A DNA stretch of 54,784 bases, counting the filler, from Jimgerdemannia flammicorona (lineage: Eukaryota), in NCBI GenBank assembly GCA_003990765.1. It is 3 parts of 3 records of this genome, joined end to end, with 100 filler letters (N's around TTAATTAATTAA, not from the genome) between each part and the next. Parts side by side here need not be neighbours in the genome. Positions count along the whole stretch, not along the records: positions 1 to 18,196 come from RBNJ01002266.1; positions 18,297 to 36,490 come from RBNJ01002267.1; 1 more part is not named here. One strand, written 5' to 3'. Shown here one piece after another: positions 9,899 through 22,400 of this stretch (position 1 is the stretch's first letter; each line of letters opens with the position of its first letter). The position numbers and the translations under genes were made by a program. The notes beneath the pieces were generated by a model that ran no database searches, was not told the origin of the DNA, and was given only the letters and a program-made list of their open reading frames with translations.

Positions 9899-12800
9899 AA
9901 GACCCCAACCCAACCTACCATAAACAAAGAAGAACAATTCTATAAGAAAATCGAAGATAGATATGTACCAAGTGGCCGATGTCCCCATGGCATTAGAATG
10001 TACTCATCCCAAATAATTGATGATTACTTCTCTTATATCAATGAATTGGCTCAAAGAAGAACCAACAGAAGAAAAGCTCCTATAACTGAAATCACCACCA
10101 TTGGATCAGACAAACTGCTTACACTTAAAGCTTTTGTCAACTGAGCACCTGTCAAGATTATGATAGACAGTAGTGCCTCAGGCAACTTCATTAATGAAGA
10201 GACAGCCAACAGACTCAAGGTCTTCACCTCTCCTATACAACAAACTCAAGCAATTGCTACAGCTAATGGAACCTCACATGTTATTAGCAAAGAAGTCTGC
10301 AATCTACCCTTCTGAATTGGTGACTACCAAGTACATGTTACTCTCCAAATTGTACTACTTCCTAACAATGAAATCATCCTTGGAACCCCATGATTGAAAC
10401 AAGAGAACCCTATGATCGATTGGATAAACCATTCTCTGACCATCAAGAAAGGACACCATAACTTCAAACTACAAGGTGAAAAGGACCCACTCAACTCTAG
10501 TGACTCTGGACCAAAGATCACCCATATCAATAAGCTACAACTCAAGAAATTGGCCAAGAAATGCCCTCTTTTTGCAATCTCCATCTGCCCATCCAAAGGA
10601 GAACCCAAGAACTCTGAAGAAGACTTTTCCAAAGTTGACAGCCATATCAGATCACTACTCCAGAAATTTCGAGACATATTTCCAAAGAAGCTCCTGAAAG
10701 GTCTACCTCTCAAATGAGCAGTAGACCATACCATCAAGACTATTCCAGATGCCAAACCAGCCTTCAAGTCAATCTACCACATATCTCCAAGAGAAATCAA
10801 TGTGCTCAAGAAAGAAATTGATGAACTCCTAGAATAAGAATTCATCAGACTCAGTATATCATCCTATGGTACACCAGTCCTCTTTATTATCAAGAAAGGA
10901 GGAGACCTATAAATGTATATTGATTACCATGACCTTAATAAACAGACCATCAAGAACTGTTGCCCACTACCAAGGATCGATGAAATATTCGATAAACTTA
11001 CCAATCCATAATTTATGAGCTCCTTTGACCTATAAAATAGTTACTGGCAAATTGCCATAAAAGAAGAAGACATATACAAGACAGCCTTCCAAACTCACTA
11101 TAGATACTTTGAGTTTCTGGTTATACCTTTTGGCTTAACTAATGCTCCTGCAATCTTCCAGATACTGATGAATATTATCCTACACTCATACTTGGACAAA
11201 TTCATTATTGTCTATATTGATAACATCCTAGTCTTTAGCAAAACTCTGGAGGAACATCTTAAACACCTTGAACTAGTACTACTGAAACTCCAAGAAAACT
11301 AACTCTTTGCAAAACTCAGCAAGTGTGAATTTCTCCTGAAAAAAATCTAATTCCTTAGACATATTGTCATACTGAATGAAATCAAAGTAGACCCCAGCAA
11401 AATCTCTGCAATCAAGAATTGGCCCAGACCCAAGAAGCTGAAAGATCTCCAGTCATTCCTGAGATTAGCAAACTATTACAGGTGATTTGTTGCCAACTTT
11501 GCTAAAATTGCTACTGCTCTCACCCAAATGACCAAGTATAGTAAGAAAGAAGAACAGCCCTGGACCACAAAACAAGAGAAAGACTTTAACAATCTTGTAA
11601 ATTGGGGACCTGAATAAGATACAGCCTTTCAAGCATTGAAAGATGCCTTGATAACCACTCCAGTACTTCAGGCAGCCAATCCTGCCCTACTATATGAAGT
11701 CACTCTGATGCCTCTGACCTAGCCCTTAGAGCAGTGCTCATGCAAGAAGGACACCCTGTAGCCTATCACTCCCGCAAGTTCAATGATGCCAAAATTAACT
11801 ATGTAACCCATGAAAAGGAAATACTAGCCATTGTAGATACTCTGATCAAATGGTGACCATACCTAAAAGGAGCACACTTCACTGTATTGACTGACCACAA
11901 ATCATTAGTCAATATCAAGATCCAGGCTACTCTTTCTCGAAAGCAAGCCAGATAGATGAAAGTCCTTACCAACTTTGACTATGAAATCCAGTATCGCTCT
12001 AGTAAGGAAAATATTATTGCTGATACAATCTCCAGACCACTCATTGAAGAAGTTATCCAAACTCTCACCTTGGTTACTAACACTATCATGGAGCAAATTA
12101 TTGCAGCATGTGTTAATGATAAGAAAGCTCAAGCACTCTGAGAAATCCTGAACAGTGATGATACCAATAAGCATATATAGTATCATCAATACCAACTGAA
12201 GGACAATGCTATCTACTACAAGGACAGACTGTATGTCTTAAATAATCAAGATCTCTGAAGGACTATCCTATTCAAATGTCATGATACCCCTATAGCTAGA
12301 TATTTAGGATTTGACAAATACTATAAAGTTATCTCCCGAAACTTCTATTGGCCCCACATGGCAGATCAGCTCAAGACCTATATCACTTCCTGTGATACCT
12401 GCCAATGGAACAAGTCCTCAACCCTGGCAAAACCTGGTCTACTCCACCCTATCCCAGTACCATCTGCAAATTGGGAATAAATCTCTATGGACTTCATTGT
12501 ACAACTACCCTGAACCAAGAATGGAAAAGATGCAATTGTTGTCTTTGTGGACTATCTCAGCAAACAAGCCCACTTTGTACCAACTACTACTACTGCAACA
12601 GTACCAGAGATAGCTATACTCTTGTTTGACAACATCTTCTGCTATCATGGTCTTCCTAAGATCATTGTTAGTGACTGAGATCCAAAATTCACCAGCCATT
12701 TTTGGAAAGCCCTCCATACATACTTTGGAACAAAACTCACACTATCCACAGTCTTTCACCCTGAAACTGATAGCCAAACCGAAAGAATGAACTGAACTCT

Positions 12801-13389
12801 AGAATAAATACTAAGGAACTATGTTTCCTACAGACAAGATGATTAGTATAAATACCTCACCACAGTTGAGTTTGCCTACAACAACAGCAAGCAAGCCTCT
12901 CTTGGAATGACTCCATTCTTTGCCAATACTGGACAAAACCCAAACACCCCTTTAACACTCATCTGAACTACTGAAGAACCTTCCACAGTTGAAGCTGTTG
13001 AAGAATTCCTACTCTGAATATGTAATCTGAGCCAGATTGCAATCAAAAATTTATCATAAGCTCAAGAACAACAGTCACAGTATGTTAACCAACACTACTG
13101 AGAAGAAACCTTTGATATTGGAGAAAAAGTTCTACTGGATATCTGAGGATACCAAGTTGACAACCTGAAGCACAGACCATCTACAAAGCTGAACAGTAAG
13201 TTCATTAGACCATTCGAGGTTATTGCACAAGTCTCCTCAACCTCCTACAAACTAGCACTATCAGACACCATTAAGATTCACCCAGTCTTTAATGTCCAAT
13301 ATCTCAAGTGATACAATAACAATGATGATGAACTATTCCCAAACTAAACCACAGAACCACCTGTACCTATCATTATTAATAACCAAGAA

Positions 13390-13545
13390 GAGTATGAAGT
13401 TGAACAGATCCTTAACAAACATGGTAACAAGAACCACCCTGAGTATCTTGTCAAATAGAAAGGTTACCTGATCCACGATATAATCTGGGAACCCAAGACC
13501 AATCTCCAGAATGCTACGGACTTAGTTCAAGAATATGATTCCTTG
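13390..13545 (+). pseudogene. Chromodomain at the integrase C-terminus
   Basis: EYEVEQILNKHGNKNHPEYLVK*KGYLIHDIIWEPKTNLQNA; the W codon has decayed to TAG. Confidence 0.9.
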
Positions 13546-13983
13546 AATAACTGAAATCCGAATACTCTGATACTATCAGTATATACTATATATTATACCT
13601 CCCAAACATTATAATTATCACAAACCAAACCAAGAACTCAGCAAAACAAGACAAGAATACTGACTCTCTGGAAAGATAGCAAAACTGAAAGTAAGCCTAT
13701 TCTCCCTGTACCACTAGTGGGAAATGAGGCATAGACATTTAAGAAGATTTCTTAGAGGAAATTCTCCAGCAGTAAATGACATCAGAATCACTTCTGGCAC
13801 ACAGTATTGAACACACAACCCTTTAATATGTGAATCCAATGTATTAGGCAACTGTACTATAAGCATGCCACTTTCTGAAAAAAATGGACTATATCAGACT
13901 TTTGACCTCCCAAATGGTATAACAACACTAGAACAAAATTAAAAGGCCCCGACGAGGATATCAAAAGCTAAGAAGGAGAGAGT

Positions 13984-16046
13984 TGTAAGTATACAACCTC
14001 CAAGCCACCAAAATCACATGTCATCCTCTGAATAAGCCACTGAAATCACATACAACCTCCAAACAAATCTGAAAATCATCTGCTTGATCATGAAGCTGAG
14101 TCAAATCAAAGTCACAATATACAAAGCTGAGTCAATATGAAGTTACAGAATATAAGATTCACATAAACAGAATTTTACCAATCAGGACCAAATGCATATA
14201 TACCGAGTACAGAGATGTGTCAAGCCAGAGAACTAAAACAAACAATAACCACAACTTCCAAATACACAAACATGATCACCAAGATCTACACCTGTATCCA
14301 TGCTGACATTTGGAATACTATTGTCAACCAAGCCACTCCCTCTCTGCCCCTTATGAATATCCATAGCCTGGTACTCCTCTATTTCATAGAAGCCTGATGG
14401 AACACCCTAAACATACTCAATGAGGCCCACTGAATTGGACAAATCTCAAGCTACTACTAGATTGGCCATCTCCTAGAAGATATGGTCGAACACTACCATG
14501 ATACAGACATTATCCAGATGTCTCAATACTAGAAACTCATTGTCTACAAATACCGAGAACTCTTCTATGAGTATAGCACTGTTATTCCCCACCTCTGAGT
14601 TACTATAGCCAAAATGGTTGCTACTCTATCCTATGGCCAAATCAACAATATGATACAAGAACTCAACCACAAGTACCTCAAGTATGTCAAAACCACAGAC
14701 AGAATCTTCCCACACTCCAATAATCATATTCTGCAAATATCCCAAGTTGGATATGCCATAAAGGACATCTATAATATAATCCACTTCAATGAAGATGAAA
14801 CAGAAGACAATGATCCCTCTGACACCAACATAACCTCTAGCCAAGGATCTCTGCCAACCCTGATCACACTGCCAACCTTACTGATGAACTTACAATAGTT
14901 CATAACTACTTACAAAACCTATTGGGACAATGACCACTAGTATGAATACCAACCTATGTTTACCCCTGATTACTTTAACTACAATGAAGAAACTAGAGAA
15001 TACAACCTGTACCTCCAGACAACTCTCAAGATTGAACCAACCACTCCATCACCCGAGTATGAGTGACACAAACCATAGCTACTAGCTTACTACAATCCTG
15101 CGACTCATAGTGCTGTAACCTACAGAAGGTATGCAGATAGTAAATCTGATGAAAGCGAAGATGATGCACCTCTCCTCTGCCCACTAACACCTTATTCAGC
15201 ATATGAGACAGATGATGCTATTCTGTGGGATGGTAATAAAGTTCCAATGTATTATTACCTTAGCGAACAAGGAGAAGTAATCTGTGAATCACTTTTTCTA
15301 GACAACTACTTCATCAGAGATGATGTCATCAATGGTGATGTCATCGAAGACTACCCAGACAGTGTCTAAACCTATAAATAGCTTAGCAGTTATAGTATAG
15401 TTAGATTAGCCTTATATGATATAACTGTGAACTGACTCAGTAGTCAGATGATCTCTTGACATATCAGATTACTCTTGTACTATGTGACTGCATTCCAACT
15501 CAGCAAGGTACTTAGTGCTACATCTATATTTAGCATAGTCCAGATAGCCCCTCACTAGTATAAATACCCCCTCTCCCAGACCTCAGAATCTCAGACTTGA
15601 ACAATCTGAACACAACTTCTGAGCACTTCTCCACAATACTCCTTGATACAATTATTTCTAGTATAGTAATATTATAAATAGCGAATAAACCTATTTAATA
15701 ACCCACAACTACCTTTAAGTAAATCTACTCTCCATTAGGTCCTGCTCCTAACCTCATCACAAAATTTCCTAATTGGGTATTGTCTGCAGTGATACACCTA
15801 TTCAACTAAGCTGGTTTTAGTTTCTTAAACTTCCTGAAATATAGAAAATCCTGAATATTTAGAACTAGTCCAAAAAAGGACTTTGGTTAAGACATCAACC
15901 CGATTTTGAAATCAATAAGCATAGAGGACATACTTCATATGAAATTAATCTTGACCATAAGAACACAGTCTTTCAGAATATCCAGAACTTCCAGAAAACC
16001 CTTCCAGAACTATATAACAGTTACTCTAAAAAGCAATCCTCTTACA
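13984..16046 (+). repeat. 3' LTR of family A (about 2.06 kb)
   Basis: Starts after the PPT with TGTAAG and ends CTTACA. The start matches 42476 and the end matches 7415-7460 and about 43590-43634. TATAAATA at 15559 and AATAAA at 15684. Confidence 0.9.
14272..15369 (+). pseudogene. LTR(U3)-embedded ORF relic, about 365 aa, unknown function
   Basis: One frame from MITKIYTCIHADIWN to DYPDSV* with about 9 TGA/TAG stops; copy 2 has sense codons at four of the five stops it covers. Confidence 0.7.
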
Positions 16047-16992
16047 CATAGTTAATTCCAAACTTAGAGTATACTAGAATTTCAGACTTTAAGAAATTAT
16101 CAGTCTACATATCATACCAATATACTGAAGGCTATAGTAGCTACAGAAGCCCAGTCTACTATTACTCTCAATAGTGATGAAGTAGAAGAGTTCTAAAATC
16201 TCATCCTTTAGGACAATCCAGACCAATTCTTGTAAGAATTGATCTCAGTATTCTAAGACTCTAGTATTTAGATTAAATCTCCCCAAGATCCCACATTTGT
16301 TCCTTATTTTGTAAAAGACAATATCATAAATTAGAGAGTCTCCACCACTATCAAATATGATGATATCATCAGTGATGACATCATTCCACTAATTGGTGAT
16401 ATATATGAAATATATGAAGTATGTGAAATAGATGAAATGTTTACTGATCTCATCTCCTTCAAAGATATCCTGACCTCTGGTAGTAATAAAGATAAAGTCT
16501 CTATGGTTTTGAATATTCTGCTCTAAGTTCTTAGTAATACTGAAATCTTCTGGTATCTTTTTTCTATATAACTGAATTCTACCAGTATTTTTTTCCTATA
16601 TTACTGAAATCTACTGGCATCTTGAACTTGTACAACTATTTATATAGGTACTTAAATTTATACTTACAACTGAAGTTTTCTATATTCTAGTATTTTATTT
16701 AGTTATTGGAATTTATATTTAGCTTTATATCTTAGCAATTATTGAATTATATTTTATATATACTCCTCTTATTTCCTTTCTAATAAAGTTAGTCAAGTTC
16801 ACTTATACTCAATTCTGCATAAACAATCTAAGAGATAATAAGATAGTTTAAAGATAAGAAGTTTGAGGACTATAAGATCTTAGAAAGGCACTCCAATAAG
16901 AACTTACTTATAAAAAACTTATGGTTAGTCTAAGAGATATATCTTGAAGAGAATCTAATATATTTGAAGAACTCAGTGACTACTATGTGACA
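16047..16992 (+). mobile_element. 3' portion of an LTR from a second family (B)
   Basis: Colinear homology with 41172-42151; ends ...TGTGACA, followed by (AT)n. Confidence 0.7.
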
Positions 16993-18196
16993 ATATATAT
17001 ATATATATATATAGTAAATAATAAACTCCTTTCTCTGCTACCTTACTGATTACAAGGTTTGGTAGGCAATCTTCCAAGTCCCCTTTCCCCTAATATTACC
17101 CCCTCTACCTCGGGTTGATTTGCTGTGTCTGCAGGGGTATAGTGGGAGGAGGGCAATGGTGATGAGTTGCCCCTTTATCAGTGTCGGATCAGTGCTTCCT
17201 CCACTTTTTTGTGGATTCTGGTGCCTTCAGCTACATCTGAGGTGTACCCATTTTGGTGCAGCACCTTCTTCCTTTTGCCGTCACTAACAAGGAGTTGTCT
17301 CAGTGTGTCTCAGGCTATATAGAGAGCAAGCCGACCTTGGGCATCAAGTGCCCAGTGTAGGTTACCTGCAGGTCTTCGGTACCTGTGGTGGGGCCCTCTG
17401 GCTTTGGTGAGCTTCTCGGCGAGCATGGTTCTGGCATAGGTGACTGCTTTTCGGGTGTTGTCAGGTTGGGAGGGGAGATGGCTATCACAGATAGGAGGAA
17501 GGGTGATAATGGTGGACTAGTAGGGTGCCAGGCTGGGGGCAGTTGTCAGGGCTGGGGCAGGTACTGCTTTGGTGGGGTCTTTTGATTGGTGCAGTGTGGT
17601 TAGGTAGTAGATATCACTCTCGGCTTCTTTTGGCAGGTAGCAGGATAAGGCCCCAGTCATCAGAGGGGGTCGGGGGGCCCGAGGCTACCCATTTCAGATG
17701 TCTTGGCTATACTCAACTGGAACCGGGAGCTGATATAGCAATGTGATCGAGGCCTACAGGCTTGAGTAGTGGGGTATTGGGGGCTTCCTCCCACCTCATG
17801 TGTAAGTTCTTTACTCACCTCGACTGAGAGAACCAGGCCCTACCCACCGTGTTGTACTTTGATGAGAGTTTTTTCTTTGTCTGTTATTCTCTTTGAGGTG
17901 GCAAGGGCTATTCTATTTGGCTTGGGCATGGCCTTATACATATGTTGGGTTCTCGGGCGTATGCTTTTGGTCATTGGCATATGGCTGGGTTTCCCCTGGT
18001 AGTAGGGAGAGTATAGTGTGCAGAATGAGGTATAGGCTTCTTTGCCCTGCTGCACCTGGCATGGTCAAGCTGCTGGACAATAGCTAGCCTAGGTTAATGG
18101 GGGGGCAGTGCTTGGTGGGTGGTGGGGGAGGGTTTTGGCCTATATAGTCTAGGTTTCCTTCCAATAAAATTCCGCGAGACATAGAGTCCATTAAAA

Positions 18197-18296
18197 NNNN
18201 NNNNNNNNNNNNNNNNNNNNNNNNNNNNNNNNNNNNNNNNTTAATTAATTAANNNNNNNNNNNNNNNNNNNNNNNNNNNNNNNNNNNNNNNNNNNN
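18197..18296. other. Artificial contig spacer N44-TTAATTAATTAA-N44
   Basis: Exactly 100 bp with a six-frame stop linker in the middle. Confidence 0.95.
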
Positions 18297-19421
18297 GGGG
18301 GGGGGGCGAATGAGGAGGGCGAGGGCAAAGAGGGTAAAATGGATGAAAGCAAGGGTAGGGGTGAGGACAAGACCCAAACTGTTGCTTATTGCGAGTATTT
18401 TTGTAATTTCCGCATCTGGCTAGCAAACCGTCCCTCCCCCATAGCCAAGAGAGGGCAGTTGACTCGTATACATGAGTATGAATGTGGGCAAATCCCAATG
18501 TGAATCACGAGCACAGCCGAACCATCGAGAGGAGTGGCCAAGAAGGAATGTGAGTTTGGGGAGCAACGACTTCAAACTCGAAAAATACGAGGTCTGATGT
18601 CAGCATCCATGAAACAAACCGAGCAGCAACGTGCTGTCTGATTTTTTTTTTTTTGAACACGGAATATAATTATACACTTCCCCTGTGTCCCAGTACAATC
18701 CTGCGGGATCTCTGATTCTGAATTACGACGCGTAAATTCCACGGCACTATAAGCACGAATGTAACGAATGTACATGTTCAGGCAATGCGCCAATGACAGT
18801 GCAGCTCTCGACCTCTCCTGGTGAGATCTAATTGTTGATTGCTTCGATTACATCACGTGCTCACATCGAAATAACGCATGGAGATTTTTTTATATTCGAT
18901 TGCTGCGAGACACTTTTGCAACCTGAAATCGAGAACCAGGTTTCTTTCGTGACCAGAGCCAGGAGAGGGCATTGCACATTTTGAGTTGATCGTAAATCTA
19001 TCTGAGGTTGCGCATACTGAAATCCATCATATTGTAAGTGTCCAATACGCCCACCTTCTGAGAAATTCATCTCTTTTCGCAACCATTACTATCCCTCCCC
19101 GCAAAGCCTGCCACAATTTGCTTTGCAACTCAATCTGTCTTTTTTTTTAAAAAAAAAAGTTCTTGTCTGCAATCCTTGCTTCCCACTACCCAACCAATCA
19201 TAATAAGTTTGAGTTGTCTTTTGATACTCTCTAACTCTTTTATTCAAGTGACAACAAACTAATAATATTGTTAAAGATATCTCCAAGGACTCTCCACAAT
19301 TATGAAAGAGAGACGATGGTTAGTGTTCTGGTGACCTCATTTTGTGACTTGCATGACCACAAGACTCACCGCAGCTAAGCCAACCCCACCTCCTTCTCTT
19401 CTCTCCTCTACACGTAATCCT

Positions 19422-22400
19422 ATGGCAGACACCGCCGCCCTGTCGCCCCTCATCGCAAAGGGCCTCACAGACCAGAAGTATGAAAGGCGCAAGCAGGCCG
19501 CTCTCGAGATCGAAAAGTACGTATCTTTGAAATCTCGCGCCTCGACCCCCATGTCCGTTCCACCCACACACCTCTTCGCCTACCCCCTTTCTCGCCTCAT
19601 TTCAAAAGGCTGGTACGCGACAATGCAAAATCCTTCGAGCGTATCAAGCAGATCATCGACACCCTCGTGAACGAGTACGCGTACTCCACCAACCCGCATT
19701 CCCGGAATGGTGGCCTCATCGCGCTGGCCGCGACTACTATCGCGCTGGGGCAGGTGCGGATGTGTTTCTTTCTCTCTTTTGTGTGTTGATTTGGTCGAGA
19801 TCAAGTTGGCCCGTATGCAGTACGGTTTTCCTGTTCGAGTCAAGGCATAAAATGGGCTAAAAGTTGGTGAAGGGAAAGCAAGCAGAGGAAAATTCAATAG
19901 GAGGCTTTTGCACCTGGATCAAGCTACTTACCGCACATCCAAAACAATCATTCCCGATCCCTTTTTTTCAACAGCAAAACGTCAATGTATATTTGGACGT
20001 CATTGTGCCGCCTGTACTCGCATGCTTCTCCGATCAGGACTCCAAAGTTCGGTACTACGCATGCGAGAGCATGTACAACATCGCAAAGGTCGCGAAGGGG
20101 GAGATCCTGCGGTACTTCAACGATGTCTTTGATGCTATGGGCAAGGTTAGGGAACTTCTTTTTTATTGCTATCTTGGTTGGATGATCATGGGGGATCACA
20201 GTGTGTTCGTTCAGGTCGGGTTATAAAGAACAGGTATTGAACCTAATATATCTGCCTCCACCCCTCCCCTAAAAAGCTTGCTTCGGACGCCGAAGTGATC
20301 GTCAAGACTGGCGCCGACCTCCTCGACCGCCTGATTGGCGACATCGTTGTCGAGTGTTCGACGACCTATGTCTCACCCCTTTCGGAACCGCTGAATCCCG
20401 TTGAGGAGCATAGCGGGTACCTGCCGCCCGACACGCCCGCCTCACTCCCGCGCAACACGGCCTTCTCCCTCCCGCGCTTTATCCCGCTGCTCTCGGAGCG
20501 CATCTACACGCAGAGCGGATTTACACGCCAGTTCCTCGTCAAGTGGATCGACCTTCTCAACTCCATTCCAGACCTCGAGCTCGTCTCTTTCCTCCCAAGG
20601 TTTCTCGACGGCCTCATCAAGTTTCTCAACGATCCACTGGAGGAGGTCCGAACCGCGACTTCCAAGGCTCTTGCCGAGTTTTTGCGCGAAATCAAAGAGG
20701 CTGCCGATGTCCGGATGAAGGCTCGTCTCGAGCAGCAGCGCATCGCGAGCGCGGAGCGGAAACAGAAGCTTACTTCCTTCACCTCCGCCATGGAGACCGT
20801 CGAGGCCGGGGAGAGGGAGGTTATCTTTCCCGGAACGACTGCAACAGGGGAGGAACCCGTGATGCCGACCCTCGTTGTGGAAGCGAGCCGGAGCGGAGTG
20901 AGCATAGATTTGAACGGCAAGATCCCTGAGGTAGTGGCCGCGGCGTCGACGTCGACGGAACCAGCGAGCGTGGCGACTATGGCTTCGGTTGTTCCAACGT
21001 CCGCGGTTGCGGAGGCACCACATAACGAAAACGACGGTAGTGGCAAGGGTAACTGGGTACCTGGACACGGTGTGATCATCGAGTACGCGAAAATCGTGGA
21101 GATCCTGATGGCGCACTTATCGTCAACCGACGAGGAAATCCAGCAGACGGCACTGCGGTGGATCAACGAGTTTATCGTCATTGCCAAGGAGGTCGTCATC
21201 CAGTTCACACCCAAGCTAATCACACCCGTCCTGCCCTCCCTTGCTCACTCGAATGGCATCATTAAGACAATCGCCATCGACACGAACAATAGCCTCCAGA
21301 AACTCATCCAGGAGACACCCTTTGCAGCTGCTACGCCACCTTCATCGTCAAACTCCACTGCAAGCCAGCCGGGCGCAACGGGGATCCCGCTCCCGCTGTC
21401 GCACGGACAGCGCTCATCGACGCCATCGCAACACCCGACCTCGAACCCGACGTCGCCGACATCGCCGCAGTTTCCCATCTCCACCACGTCGTCAGGATCC
21501 GGATCTGGGCAGCCGGTAGCTTCCACGCTCGCAATGCGCGCCTCCCTCGCCGAGGCTAAGCATCTCGGCCAGTCGCCCGCGCCGCCTGAGATCCTGGATA
21601 TGTCCATTGTTGACCCATTCGATTATCAGGCCACCGTCATTGCGCTCATGCTCCAGCTGCTCAATGAGCATGAAGAAACCAGAGTCGCCAGCTTGGAGTG
21701 GTTGCTCATGTTGCATAAGAAGGCACCCCATAAGGTTTGTGTCTGGGGTGGCGATTAGGCAGTTACAATGGTGAAATGAGAGCAGTTTGTTTATTATTAT
21801 TATTATTTGTCGGGGAAGGGATTGAGAAGTATGTAGGATGGGTTCTAATTTTTTTTTTTTTTTTTTTTGCTTTTCCTCGTCGAATGGATTCGTCATATCA
21901 GATCCTTGCCACAGACGACGGTACTTTCCCCGCTCTCCTCAAGACTTTATCAGATATATCTGAAGAAGTATATAAATCCCCCCTTTAATTCTGTCTACCC
22001 TCCTCCATATATCCCACATCGCCACTCACCCGTTTTTGAAATCGGGTCTTGTTTCAATCCCCACAGGTCGTCAAGCGCGATCTGCAGCTCCTGGCGCAGA
22101 TCTCGTCGTACTCCGACGATGATTACTTCACGCGGTTCATGATCAATCTGCTCACGCTCTTCAGCACCGACCGCCGCCTGCTCGACTCCCGTGGCAGTCT
22201 CATTATTCGACAGCTGTGCCTAAGCCTCAACTCGGAGCGCATTTATCGCACGTTCGCAGAAATTTTGGAGAAGGATGAGGTGTGTGACGGTTTGGGGTAT
22301 TTTTGGCGTATGCGTGGCTGGGGGAGGTGCAGATTTGGCATTTTCGGTGATTTTGTTCACATAGAAATGTTTTTTTTTTTTTTTTTTTTTTTTTTTAACG

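Larger units (their letters stand above)
7442..13554 (+). pseudogene. Single-frame gag-dUTPase-pol polyprotein relic
   Basis: LPTFNG and FFQGSAKEWW (capsid); CFYCQKTGHMASTC at 9368-9409; IMIDSSASGNFI near 10166 (PR); VYIDNILVF near 11215 (RT YxDD, decayed); [11 protein letters not shown] (RNase H, one frameshift near 11705); [21 protein letters not shown] (IN). Confidence 0.93.
7415..16046 (+). mobile_element. Ty3/gypsy chromovirus-type LTR retrotransposon, family A copy 1 (degenerate; 5' LTR truncated)
   Basis: 5' LTR remnant 7415-7460 ends CTTACA, followed by PBS TGGTAGCAG. Domain order is gag-CCHC-dUTPase-PR-RT-RNaseH-IN-chromodomain, then PPT 13970-13982 and 3' LTR 13984-16046 (TGTAAG...CTTACA). 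Confidence 0.95.
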
